A stretch of DNA of 64,000 nt from Octopus vulgaris (Eukaryota): positions 744,001-808,000 of the forward strand of contig OX597842.1 in the NCBI GenBank assembly GCA_951406725.2. Reading direction: 5' to 3'. The notes below the pieces were generated by a model that saw nothing but the letters and a program-made list of their open reading frames with translations, was not told the origin of the DNA and searched no databases. A program made the translations under genes and the position numbers. Below, in pieces: positions 26,854-40,279 of this stretch. How positions within the stretch are numbered: position 1 is the first letter of the stretch; the number at the start of each line of letters is the position of its first letter.

Positions 26854-27789
26854 CTGTAGCACGGACAGGACTACAATGTCACTTACCTTGACGTGTCTTC
26901 TGAAGCACAGCAAATCACAGAAGACTCAATACATAAAACAGGCTCCTTTCATCTTAAGTCTACCCACAAGAATTTGGTCAGCTCGGGCCCATTGTAGATG
27001 CCATGCCATAGGATTGAACCCAAATTATATGATTACAAAGCAGATTTCTTAACAACACAGCTATGTCTCGTTAATAAGTTTTCATTAAATTAATTTTTGA
27101 ATTCAATCAATTCTAATATGGCTCTAACATAAATAGGACATTAAATTAAATAATTAACTGGATAATTATTTAATTGATTAAATAAATTACCAAATAAACA
27201 ATAAATAAATATAAAGAAAATATAGGAACAAGAAGCCTATCTGTTTTGTTTCTTATATATTTAGGCCACACCCATTTACTAATAATTAGTCACGCCTCAT
27301 TAATTGCTAGCCAATCATAATGCAACAGCTGTCCTTGTCATCGATCAATCACAAAATTGTAAATCTTTTGATTTGGCAAATAGCATTATAAACCCCGGAG
27401 GTGGGTGTGCAAGTGGTTGTGAGTTGAGCTAGAAATAGCACTCAAATCTCCTTCGAATCACATCAACATTTCCTAAATGTTTGAAGGATACATATGCCAT
27501 TATAGTCCTAAATATGCTGCGATTAAGAAAAACAGACATGATGGTTATGGCTGGAGGGTCTTTCATAATAGGTCTAGAGAATGAGCTTTGATTTGCAAGT
27601 TGAGGAGAAGAAGAAGAAGAAGGAGAAGAAGAAGAATAACTACTTTTCTATACATAAGATAATGTAGTCCTATGTCTCATGTACCGGTGTTTTGATTTCA
27701 AATAGAACAAATCTTGTGCCCAGAGCTTGAGGACTGCTTGATGACACAAGTCACGTTTACAAATGTAACTTGCCACATGTATTTGATAC

Positions 27790-27983
27790 TCTTTTGCTCT
27801 TTTACTTGTTTCAGTCATTTGACTGTGGCCATGCTGGAGCGCTGCCTTTAATCGAGCAAATCAACCCCAGGATTATTCTTTGTAAGCCTAGTACTTATTC
27901 TGTCGGTCTCTTTTGCCGAACTGCTAAGTTACGGGGATGTAAACACACCAGCATCGGTTGTCAAGTGATGTTGGAGGGGACAG

Positions 27984-28031
<48 letters not shown>

Positions 28032-28148
28032 GGCTTCTTTTAGTTTCCGTCTACCAAATCCACTCATAAGGCTTTGGTCGGCCTGAGGGGACTGAACCTG
28101 GAACCATGTGGTTGGCAAGCAAGCTACTTACCACACAGCCACTCCTGT
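27790..28148 (-). mobile_element. SINE-A with internal deletion
   Basis: Consensus match lacking the CORE-like segment. Confidence 0.85.
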
Positions 28149-28437
28149 ACTATATAAATGTAACATAATGATTATAATACATACATATATGTATATGTAA
28201 ATATCTACATAGATATATATAAGTATAAATATATATACATATTTATAATTAATTAATAAGGGTGAGAGAATTAGATACTAATTTAATAGTATATTTATTC
28301 CACACCAAGTGGCCTAGTGCTACGAGAAACCTGGATTATGGGAAACATGTATTTTCGTGGTTGAAACCTTTTGGATTAACTGGTGCTAGAGTGATCAATA
28401 TAGTGACCACTCTCTTATATTTATTTTATACATATTT

Positions 28438-28488
<51 letters not shown>

Positions 28489-28634
28489 CATATATATACA
28501 TACATAGACACACACATACATGTATATAAAAGTATAAATGTATACATATTATATCTACATATATACATGCATATATACTTCATTGTCGTCATATATACAG
28601 TATATATATATGTTTATATACAAAAATATGTATA

Positions 28635-28754
28635 CAAGGGGTGTATGAAAAGTTTTGAGCTTTCAAAGCCTTTGAGCCTTGAAGTCTTGTACCTTCATCA
28701 GAAGTCTTATACCGTATTGTTTTTGGGGTCTCAAGACTTTTCATACACTCTTCG
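28635..28754. mobile_element. 120 bp mariner-type MITE
   Basis: TIRs caaggggtgtatgaaaagttttga / tcaagacttttcatacactcttcg with TA on both sides. Confidence 0.82.
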
Positions 28755-29085
28755 TATATACGCATTTGTGTGTGTGTGTGTGTGTATATATATGTATATT
28801 TATATACATACACATGCACATACATATCTATGTACACTGACCATTATCTCTAAGACCATAAGATATACAAGCACATAATCTCACACACACACACACACAC
28901 ACACATAATTATTATTATTGTTGTTGTTGTGTTAACAACAAACAAGATGAGGACAAATATCCATCAAATGTAAATAATGTAAATAATTCCTCATCTCTTA
29001 AATATAGAACTGTAGTATAGAATGCTGATGCCAACATTATGTTTTTGCTCTACCATGTGGAGCACAAAAAGAAAGAATTAAAATC

Positions 29086-29300
29086 GCAATGGCCTAGTGG
29101 TTAGGGCAGCGGACTTGCGGTCGGAGGATCGCGGTTTCGATTCCCAGACCGGGCGTTGTGTGTGTTTATTGAGCGAAAACACCTAAAAGCTCCACGAGGC
29201 TCCGGCAGGAGGTGGTGATCCCTGCTGTACTCAAAAGGCGGTGCTCCAGCATGGCCGCAGTCAAATGACTGAAACAAGTACAAAAAAAAAAAAAAAAAAA
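29086..29300 (+). mobile_element. Young tRNA-headed SINE-D with A-tail (similar copy on minus strand at 45163-45406)
   Basis: tggcctagtggttagg A box, ggtttcgattccc B box, CpGs intact, SINE-A type tail and about 19 A. Confidence 0.88.
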
Positions 29301-29629
29301 GATATGACCTGATCTGTCCATGATCTGTATGCATGTGTATCTGTTCGTGTGTGAAAACTTAGAGTATAGTTTAAGATATATTTATACAAACGTGTATGTT
29401 TATTTGTGAGTCAATGTGCACACATATTTGCATACAATTCATTAAAAGAGCATCATCATGACGTTTATAATCATACAGGTATGACTATATGTAGAGATAC
29501 ACATTCACATTCTCGCACAGTATAATATATATAAAAATGTGAAGTGTTCTATGTATGTCTGAGCACATTATTATCATTATTTACATTATTTACATTTGAT
29601 GGATATTTGTCCTCACCTTGTTTGTTGTT

Positions 29630-29675
29630 AACACAACATTTCGGCTGATATACCCTCCAGCCTTCATCAGGTGTC
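29630..29675 (-). ncRNA. Minimal type-I hammerhead ribozyme motif in a Penelope-like repeat
   Basis: gacac CTGATGA a ggctg gagggtatat cagcc GAAA tgtt gtgtt. Confidence 0.65.
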
Positions 29676-30799
29676 GTGGGGAAATTTCAAACCAAGGTTC
29701 TCATTCCTAAGGTATTTTTCGATCTTATTATTAGTATTGTTATTATTATTAGTAACGCTGTGATGGACTGGTGTCCCATCCAGGTGGGGAACACATACGC
29801 CATAGAAAACGGGAAACTGGGCCCATGATCCTGGCTAAGGATCAAAGGGCGCATTTATTTTTTATTTATTTATTTATTATTATTATTATTATTATTGAGT
29901 GAGAGAGCAGTGCAGGTTATCAAGGGTACACTAGGCACATGCATCACAACCATATGTGCGCGAATGGTGATCTCATATCAAGATTAACAGCACATGATCT
30001 TGCAGGTGGGGCCCAGTTAGAATTTTCTTCTAGTCGAGTAACCCATCCCACTCAAAAGGTCCCTGAATAAGGATTGTTTAAGGATGTTTCCAAAGGTGAA
30101 GTATCCAAACCTCTATCATTATCATTATTATTAAGGTCACTGCCTGGAATTGAACTCGGAATCTTGGGGTTAGTAGCCCACACTCTTAACCACTACGCCA
30201 ACAAACAAGATGAGGACAAATATCCGTCAAATGTAAATAATGTAAATAATTCCTCATCTCTTAAAAATCAATGGACAAATAACTGACACTTGGCTTATAT
30301 TTCTGAGTACTCTGAATTATATTTGGTCAGTTCTACTAATCAAACAGTATCTCCTATCAATGCTGATGGCTTCTTCTAGTTGAATTTAGGCCTCCTATGG
30401 ACAGATCAGGTCATATCTAAGCGATTTTAATTCTTTCTTTTTGTGCTCCACATGGTAGAGCAAAAACATGATGTTGGCATCAGTATTCTATACTACAGTT
30501 CTATATTTAAGAGATGAGGAATTATTTACATTATTTACATTTGATGGATATTTGTCCTCATCTTGTTTGTTGTTAACACAACAACAACAATAATAATAAT
30601 TAATTCTTTTGTTGGCCGCAAGGGCTGACAAAAATTAATTATAACATGTAGGGAAAAAATACAGGACGAAGATTACAAAGGGCTTTGTTCGATAGAAAAT
30701 GGTCCATGTAAAAATTCATGATAACACTCAAGACAACAACGAAATAACAACATTGAAGAATACCTTAGGAATGAGAACCCAGGTTCGAAATTTCCCCAA

Positions 30800-30845
30800 A
30801 ACACCTGATGAAGGGTGGAGGGTATATCAGACGAAACGTTGTGTT
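30800..30845 (+). ncRNA. Minimal type-I hammerhead ribozyme motif (same family as 29630)
   Basis: aacac CTGATGA a gggtg...cagac GAAA cgtt gtgtt. Stem II is partly mutated. Confidence 0.6.
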
Positions 30846-30997
30846 AACAACAAACAAGATGAGGACAAATATCCGTCAAATGTAAATAATGTAAATAATA
30901 ATGTAAATAATAATGTAAATACGTCAGCAGTATCAGATTTTTCATTGGATGCTCCACGTGGTAGAGCAGACAAGATATTGATGTCAGCTGAACAGTG

Positions 30998-31560
30998 TTA
31001 AGTTAATTTTTTGGCTCAAAAAGCAAAAAGCAAGGCCATGTAGGGGGACATGGAGTTATGAAGAGGGAGGGTGTTCATGCAAAGAGTTCAGGCCATTTCT
31101 GGTCAAGAGAGACTTTGAACTGAGCGGTCGTCGGCATCTTCACTATCTCGTCCGGCAGCTTTTTCCACGGATCCGCAACCTGGACGGAGAAAGCTCCTCT
31201 CCTTCGATTGAGATGAAATCGTCGTAGATAGAGCTTTTCGGAGTGACCCCCACAGCCGATGCTCTGGAGCAGGAGTGAAGAACAGCTCTTTCGAGAGGTT
31301 ACACTTTCCGCTTATGATGTTGTGAGCGAGAATGAGATCACCACGGCGGCAGCGTTTTTCTAGAGAATAAAGGTCAAGCATCTTCAGCCTTTCTTCATAA
31401 GACAAATGCTTGAGACCAAGAACCATGCGGGTAGCCAGCTTCTGGACTCTTTTGAATTGCTGTATGTCTTTGAGGAGATAAGGAGAAGAGGCTTGAATCC
31501 TGTACTCCAATATGGGTCTCACCAGCATGACATAGAGTGGTAGGAATATAGTAACCATGA
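30998..31560 (-). mobile_element. CR1-like LINE 3' end, decayed
   Basis: LYVMLVRPILEY...SPYLLKDI...VQKLATRMV.GL..LSYEERL..L.LYSLEKR.RRGDLI. Confidence 0.87.
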
Positions 31561-31778
31561 GGAAAAGTAAGCAACAATATGCTGGCATTAGATTATATAC
31601 GATTGCGTCTAATCAGCACAGTTATGAGGTGATAAACAGTGGGCACTGATCTTTATGAACAGCAAGTAGTATGTATCTTGTCTCAGTATGTGATTCAGTT
31701 AGGCCTAGGGTTGTATGTCTGGCTTATCAGCAGCCAGTGCTTTGAAGACTGATAACAGGGCATATTTCTGGTGGCCAC

Positions 31779-33225
31779 CTGAAAGAAGCCCATCGTATAT
31801 ATATGTATATGTATGTGTGTGTGTATATCTATGTGTGTTTCTGTTTGTCCCCCCACCATCGCTTGACAACTGATGCTGGTGTGTTTACATCCCCGTATCT
31901 TGACCAAGATGCCACGCAGTGGGACTGAACCCGGAACTATGTGGTTGGCAAGCAAGCTACTTACCACACAGCCACTCCTACGCCTATATATATATATATA
32001 TGTAGATATATAGGATGGATCACTTTTCCTAATGATGGAGGCTTGTGGAATATGTGTAGTTTCACATAGTTAGCAATTACAAGCTTCTTATGACTAACAA
32101 GGGTCAGATCGAAGATACTCCATGTGGAAAAAATAAAAGGGTTGATGTAGAAAATAGAAGCATAAACCTTCTTGTTTTTTTTCTCGTAGTCAGTGGTCAT
32201 TAACCAGTAGCACACTACAACTGCCATGATGATGATGATGATGATGATGATGATACATATACAAAAGGCTTCTTTCAGTTTCCATCTACCAAATCCACTC
32301 ACAAGACATTGGTTGGCCTGAGGGTATAGTAGAAGACACTTGCGCAAGGTGCCACGCAGTGGGACTGAACCCGGGACCATGTGGTTGGTAAGCAAGCTAC
32401 TTACCACACAGCCACTCCTGCGCCTATATATATATACATATATACGACAGGCTTCTTTCAGTTTCCATCTACCAAATCTACTCACAAGGCTTTGGTTGGC
32501 CCGAGGATACAGTAGAAGACATTTGCCCAAGGTGCTATGTAGTGGGACTGAACCTAGAACCATGTGGTTGGGAAGCAAGCTTCTTACCACACAGCCACTC
32601 CTGCACCTATATGTATATACAAAGAAAGAGTTCTGGGATCGATATATATACATGTATATGACAGGCTTCTTTTAGTTTCCATCTACCAAATCCACTCACA
32701 AGGCATTGGTCAGTCCCAGGCTATATTAAAAGACACTTACACAAGGTGCCATGCAGTGGGACTAAACTCAGAACCATGTGGTTGGTAAGCAAGCTACTTA
32801 CCACACAGCCACTCCTGCGACTATATATATATCATTATTATTATTATTATGGCTGCCCCCTCGTTATCGAGTATGGCCACTGCACGAAGCTTAACTGCTA
32901 CTGATGCTGTGATTGAATGTGACTTTTTAGCCAAGCTAAAGATCTACAATGTCTTGTACTAAATTGGCAACTAAAACCTTTACCGGTAATAGCCGGCTGT
33001 AGTTGTAACTGGGCTTCATGTACCTTTGCAGCTATATATATATATATACATATATATACATACAACGGACTTCTTTCAGTTTCCGTCTCTCAAATCCACT
33101 CACAAGGGTTTGGACAGCCCAAGGCTATAGCAGAAGACACTTGCCCAAGATGCCACGCAGTGGGACTGAATCGGGAACCATGTGGTTGATAAGCAAGCTA
33201 CTTACCACGCAGCCACTCCTGCGCC
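31779..33225 (-). mobile_element. Cluster of five or more SINE-A heads and fragments
   Basis: Repeated cttaccacacagccactcctg ends at about 31980, 32420, 32600, 32815 and 33220. Confidence 0.85.
32835..33030 (-). mobile_element. RTE-clade LINE extreme 3' end (second family)
   Basis: FSCQFSTRHCRSLAWLKSHIQSQHQ* matches the decayed RTE terminal C..C.R.C.S..GL.SH motif, followed by a short UTR and (TAA)n. Confidence 0.65.
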
Positions 33226-34090
33226 TATATATATATGTATATATATATATATATATATACGTGCATGTGTTTGTGTTTGAGTGTATATATGTGTGTGTAT
33301 ATATATATATATATATAAATATATATATATGTATGCGTATATATGATCACGTATTTACATAGAAAACTATGACCAAGATGGTTTGTAGAGAAACTGTACC
33401 ACTTATATTTGGAAAGTGAAGTTCTTAATTAAAATAGATATACTGCATTCATTCAACCCACCATACATACATGCACATATACACCCACACAAACACGCCC
33501 AGACACACACAAATACATACACCTCCCTCTATACATATATACGTATCTATACGTACATACAAGGGTCGTTTCAAAATACATATTAATATTATTCTGCGTT
33601 GCTTTTATGTTCCTGGAACAAATGATAAATGGCAGAGATAAAAAATAAAAAAGAACAAAAGAAAATATGAAAAGAAATGTTCCCCCACTTTTCGTCTGTA
33701 ACCTACCCCACCACCACGGTGTGTAGGGGGGGGGGATAAGGGACGGTGTGGGTGGTGGGGCAGGGGCTGGGGTTCGATCTTGCGAACTTTTGGTTCAGGA
33801 TGTCTTCCTCTTTGTACCGATTCAGTCAATATTACTGCATTGTCGAACGTAACCCCTCGCTGGGCCTATCAATATTTTTTTTTTCCTTTTTTTTTTTTTG
33901 CCTTTTTATTAATGGTTATTGGAATATCAAAGACAGACGGAATGGGGGTAGGTAGGGGGGGGAGAGAGGGGGAGAAGGGGGGGAGAGATGGAGAGCCGAG
34001 GAAGGAAAGAGAATGATGGTAGAAGAAAGAATGGCATAAAGAGAGAAACATAGAAATATAGACAAGGAAGACAAAGAACAACAATATTGC

Positions 34091-34168
<78 letters not shown>

Positions 34169-34242
34169 TAATAATAATAATGATAATAATAATAATAATA
34201 ATGATAATAATAATAATGATAATAATAATAATAATAATGATG

Positions 34243-34318
<76 letters not shown>

Positions 34319-34518
34319 TAATAATAATAATGATAATAATAATAATAATAATGATAATAATAATAATAATAATAATAATGATAATAATAATAATGATAAT
34401 AATAATAATAATAATGATAATAATAATAATGATAATAATAATAATAATAATGATGATAATAATAATAATAATAATAATAATGATAATAATAATAATGATA
34501 ATAATAATAATAATAATG

Positions 34519-34549
<31 letters not shown>

Positions 34550-34584
34550 TAATAATAATAATGATAATAATAATAATAATAATG

Positions 34585-34615
<31 letters not shown>

Positions 34616-34650
34616 TAATAATAATAATGATAATAATAATAATAATAATG

Positions 34651-34681
<31 letters not shown>

Positions 34682-34716
34682 TAATAATAATAATGATAAT
34701 AATAATAATAATAATG

Positions 34717-34747
<31 letters not shown>

Positions 34748-34782
34748 TAATAATAATAATGATAATAATAATAATAATAATG

Positions 34783-34813
<31 letters not shown>

Positions 34814-34848
34814 TAATAATAATAATGATAATAATAATAATAATAATG

Positions 34849-34879
<31 letters not shown>

Positions 34880-34953
34880 TAATAATAATAATGATAATAA
34901 TAATAATAATAATGATAATAATAATAATGATAATAATAATAATAATAATGATG

Positions 34954-35026
<73 letters not shown>

Positions 35027-35061
35027 TAATAATAATAATGATAATAATAATAATAATAATG

Positions 35062-35092
<31 letters not shown>

Positions 35093-35166
35093 TAATAATA
35101 ATAATGATAATAATAATAATAATAATGATAATAATAATAATGATAATAATAATAATAATAATGATG

Positions 35167-35242
<76 letters not shown>

Positions 35243-35262
35243 TAATTATAAAAATAATAATG

Positions 35263-35297
<35 letters not shown>

Positions 35298-35300
35298 GAT
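34091..35300. repeat. 1.2 kb (TAA)n microsatellite with patterned TGA variants
   Basis: Direct reading. The poly-Ile and poly-Tyr ORFs are artefacts. Confidence 0.97.
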
Positions 35301-35456
35301 AGTAATTTCTTTTATTTGCCACAGGGGCATAAATGAGGGTGACATCATGAGGAGGATAATAATAATTATGATGATGATGATGATAAAAACATTTTGGCAC
35401 AAGGCCAGCAATTTCAGGGGAGAGGGATAAGTTGGTTACATTGACCCCAGTGTTCG

Positions 35457-35469
35457 ATAATAATAATAA

Positions 35470-35513
<44 letters not shown>

Positions 35514-35805
35514 ATAATAATAAGAAAAAGAATATGATGGTGAAGAAGAAGAAGATGAAGAAGAAGAAGAATTGGAAGAAGAAGAAGAAGAAGAAGAAGA
35601 AGAAGAAGAACTAGAGAGAGAAGGAGAAGAAAAAAAGAAGAAGTATATGATGGTGAAGAAGAAGAAAAAGAAGAAGAAGAAGAAGAGGAGGAGGAGGAGG
35701 GGGAGGAGGAAACAGAAAGAAAGAGGCAGAGAGAGACATAGAAACAGATAGAAAGAGATATAGATAAATATGAGAGAGAGATTCAGAGAGAGAGGGAGAG
35801 GAAGA

Positions 35806-35858
<53 letters not shown>

Positions 35859-36370
35859 GCAGTGTTGAAGTCCCACAGAGAATGAGAGAGACAAAGAAAG
35901 ACCAAGAAAGGCAGAGAGACTGGAGAGGAAAAGAGAGAGGAGCAGAGAGAGATACAAAAAGAAAGAGAGAGAAGGACACAGAGGGAGAGATGTGGAAAAA
36001 GAGAGAGTGAGAGAGAGACTGAATAGAGAAGGACAAAGAGACAGAAAGATAGAGACAGTGAATCAAAGAGAGAAGAAGAGAGATATCAGAAAGGAAGAGG
36101 AAGAGGTAGAGAGAGACACACAAACAGAAGGTGAGAGAGAGAGAAAGAAAAAGAGAGAGACAAAGAGAGAGACAAAAGACAGGAAAGAGGTAGAGAGACG
36201 AGTGAGAGATTTAGAGAAAGGAAGGGAAAGAGGTAGAGAGACACAAACAGAAGGGGAGAGAGAGACAGACAGACAGACAAAGTAAGGGAAAGAGGTAGAG
36301 AGACACAAACAGAAGGGGAGAGAGAGACAGACAGACAGACAAAGTAAGGGAAAGAGGTAGAGAGACAAAG

Positions 36371-36423
<53 letters not shown>

Positions 36424-36671
36424 AAGGAAGGGAAAGAAGAAGAAGAGAGAGAGAGGGAGAGAGAGAGAGAAACAGAAAGGCAGAGAGAGACAAAGAGAGA
36501 GAGAGAGAGACAGACAGACAAAGGAAGGGAAAGAAGCAGAGAGAGAGAGGAGAGAGAGAGAGAGAAACAGAAAGGCAGAGAGACAAAGAGAGAGAGAGAG
36601 AGAGACAGACAGACAAAGGAAGGGAAAGAAGCAGAGAGAGAGAGAGGAGAGAGAGAGAGAAACAGAAAGGC

Positions 36672-36703
<32 letters not shown>

Positions 36704-37106
36704 AAACAGAAAGGCAGAGAGACAAAGAGAGAGAGAGAGGGAGAGAAACAGAAAGGCAGAGAGACAAAGAGAGAGAGAGAGAAACAGAAAGGCAGAGAGA
36801 CAAAGAGAGAGAGAAACAGAAAGGCAGAGAGACAAAGAGAGAGAGAGAGAGAAACAGAAAGGCAGAGAGACAAAGAGAGAGAGGGAGAGAGACAGACAGA
36901 CAGAGGAAGGGAAAGAAGCAGAGAGAGAGAGGAGAGAGAGAGAAACAGAAAGGCAGAGAGACAAAGAGAGAGAGAGAGAGAAACAGAAAGGCAGAGAGAC
37001 AAAGAGAGAGAGAGAGGGAGAGAAACAGAAAGGCAGAGAGACAAAGAGAGAGAGAGAGAGAGAAACAGAAAGGCAGAGAGACAAAGAGAGAGAGAAACAG
37101 AAAGGC

Positions 37107-37137
<31 letters not shown>

Positions 37138-37204
37138 AACAGAAAGGCAGAGAGACAAAGAGAGAGAGGGAGAGAGACAGACAGACAGAGGAAGGGAAAG
37201 AAGC

Positions 37205-37235
<31 letters not shown>

Positions 37236-37478
37236 AAACAGAAAGGCAGAGAGACAAAGAGAGAGAGAGAGAGAGAAACAGAAAGGCAGAGAGACAAAGA
37301 GAGAGAGAAACAGAAAGGCAGAGAGACAAAGAGAGAGAGAGAGAGAAACAGAAAGGCAGAGAGACAAAGAGAGAGAGGGAGAGAGACAGACAGACAGAGG
37401 AAGGGAAAGAAGCAGAGAGAGAGACAAAGAGAGAGAGAAAGACAGACAGACAAACAGCAAAGTAGAGAGAGAAAACAA
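35457..37478. repeat. Purine-rich field: (TAG)n, (GAA)n, (GA)n and a compound minisatellite aaacagaaaggcagagagacaaag(ag)n
   Basis: Direct reading. The plus strand has almost no T over 36350-37450. Confidence 0.93.
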
Positions 37479-37479
37479 G

Positions 37480-37900
37480 ACCTAACATTCTTCAAACAAT
37501 GCAAGAAACCTCAGCATATTTCCGAGTGTAAACGAGCTTTATCTCTCACCCTGTTAAGTGGTTTTAATTTGATAGCGTATTAATTACTAATTAGGAAGGT
37601 TGTGGCTAATTAAGGGGATGGCGGTGGCGGGGAGCTTCATTGATGTACAAAGTAGCAGAGAGGGATGCGAGAGAAAGCGTTCGATAACGGGCAAATCAAG
37701 TTGATTTTATTAGATTTATCTCCCCCTTGCTCCACCGCTACCACAAACACCGCCACCATTGCCTCTACTGCACGCCCTGCAACTTGTTTCCCCTCGTTTG
37801 TTAAGATTAATTGATCAGGTAATTAGCATAGCGATAAAACAACACTGTGATAAATTAGTATGCTTTGATTGGCTCGTTATGTTTTATAATTTATATGTAT
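37480..37900. promoter_or_regulatory. Candidate cis-regulatory element
   Basis: Unique island with retained CpGs, five or more TAATT[A/G] homeodomain-type sites, GATA motifs and a reverse CCAAT (attgg). Confidence 0.35.
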
Positions 37901-37934
37901 ATTTGAATTTTAAAGAGAAAATTTTTAGTCTATG

Positions 37935-37975
<41 letters not shown>

Positions 37976-38174
37976 GCGTATGTGTATAAAATGTGTGTAC
38001 ATATATATATATATATTAGTATATATGTACATATATATATGAATATATGTATATGAATACCACTATAAATATGCATGCAAATATATATATATGTGTGTGT
38101 GTATATGAATACATCTATAAATACGTATGCAAACTTATACATACATACATACACACACATATATATATATATAC

Positions 38175-38346
<172 letters not shown>

Positions 38347-38580
38347 CATATATATATATATATATATATATGCACTCATGCACTTATTTGTATTTATGCA
38401 TGAGTGTACAAATTTATAGGCGCATAGGAGTATATTTAAATGTATATATATATACACACATTTAAACATACATAAACACACAAGCATACATACATCATCA
38501 TTTTGCAAATGATTTTTTATGTCAGAATAATGCAGAATATGTAAGTTCATACAACATACAAACAGATCTGTGTGTGTGTT

Positions 38581-38629
<49 letters not shown>

Positions 38630-39589
38630 TGCATTGCTGTACTCAAAATTACCCACCCACCACAACAGAAGTGAGATTCTAAAACCAAGGGGCCCACACA
38701 AAAAGCACTGGTGATGGTCCTACATAAGAAGTCTGCAAAAACAGTCTAAGGGACCAGGTTGCAGGTCTGGCCTTGCCAGTTCCTGTAAGGCCGTCCAACC
38801 CATGCCAGCATGGAAAACGGATGCTACATGATGATGATAATGATATTCTGTTATTCTTTTACTTGTTTCAAGCATTTGTCTGCAGCCATGCTGGAGCACA
38901 TCCTTTAAGGGATTTTCAGTCGAAGAAATCAACCCCAGGACTTATTCGTTGTAAGCCTAGTTCTTATTCTATCAGTCTCGTTTGCCAAACTGCCAAGTTA
39001 TGGGGACATAAACACACCAGCATTGGTTGTGAAGGTATGTAGGGGACAAACACAGAAGACAAAGACACACACACATAAATATAAACACATACAGACACAC
39101 ACACATATATAGATACATATATATATACATACAGACATACATACATACATACATATATGTATATATGCATACATACATACCCATACATACATATACATAC
39201 ACATACATACACACATACATACATACATACACACACATACATATACATATATGTATATATATATACATACATATATATATATATGCACATATATATACAT
39301 ATATATATACACACAGATATATGTACTGAAAGAAGCTCGTCGTATATATGTATATATATGTGTGTGTGTATGTGCATGTGTGTGTGTTTGTCACTCCACC
39401 ACCACCTTTTGACAACCAATGCTGGTGTGTTTACATCCCTGTATCTTAGCAGTTCAGCAAAAGAGACCGATAGAATAAGTACTAGGCTTACAAAGAATAA
39501 GTCCTGAAGTCGATTTGCTCGACTGAAGGCAGTACTCCAGCATGGCCACAGTCAAATGATTGAAACAAGTAAAAGAGTAAGAGTATCAT

Positions 39590-40120
39590 AGAACCAGGGA
39601 TGGTCTCAGAAATGTTGACATGAAAATGGTTTACCTTTTTGCTTCCATTTCTCTACTGAAATACACAGCCTTTAATTCAATTAATTTTCAAAATAACGAA
39701 GAATTTAGTCAATCAACTGTCAGTATTATGTTGGTGTTTGAAACTTTAACATGATACCAAAAAGGTTGATCTTTTCCCTTCTTTATTTTTGTAGAAATAC
39801 TCTGCTTATATTGTAATTAACATTGAAAATTATGAAGAAAAATTTGTCATTATTAAGCTTAGGTTTGGAATATATATTGATATGAAATTTTGATCCAAAG
39901 TTTTAATCTGGATCTCTATAATCCCTTTGTTACCAAGTTTCTGTTGAAACAAACCATTTTTGTTTAAATATATTTTGTAACTAACGAAGGATTTAGAATT
40001 TAGTAAAATAATTTTGTTCTGATTAAGCTGGTGTTTGGAACATAAATTGACATGAAAATTTTGATGGAAGGTTTTTAAACAAAGAGTTTGTATCAGAGAA
40101 GTAAGGATGGTTTCATGCAG
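39590..40120. repeat. Degenerate tandem repeat, about 3 copies
   Basis: Recurring gaaatac...gaagaatttagt...attaagctggtgtttggaaca...catgaaa. Confidence 0.6.
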
Positions 40121-40279
40121 GTAAGTAAAGAAGTCTGGAGAAAAAACGAAGCTGATGGCACAAAGACAAAATTACAGGACCATTGATGACAATTTTAACG
40201 AACATAGGTGTAGGAGTGGCTGTGTGGTAAGTAGCTTGATTATGAACCACATGAACAACAAAGATATCCAGAGGTAATT

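Noticed and set aside
25872-27052. Three overlapping repetitive ORFs, and a CRISPR-like look
   Set aside because: This is a head-to-tail 25 bp unit with no unique spacers, no cas genes, and a eukaryotic context.
30135-30200. tRNA-like sequence on the minus strand
   Set aside because: A/B boxes and an anticodon-like arm are present but no proper acceptor stem. It is best read as a SINE head, as are the other tRNA-like heads.
33927-35430. 430-490 aa poly-Ile/poly-Tyr ORFs
   Set aside because: They are translations of a (TAA)n microsatellite.
36063-37504. Three ORFs of more than 420 aa rich in Leu/Ser
   Set aside because: A (CT)n-rich strand lacks stop codons in all frames, so there is no coding signal.
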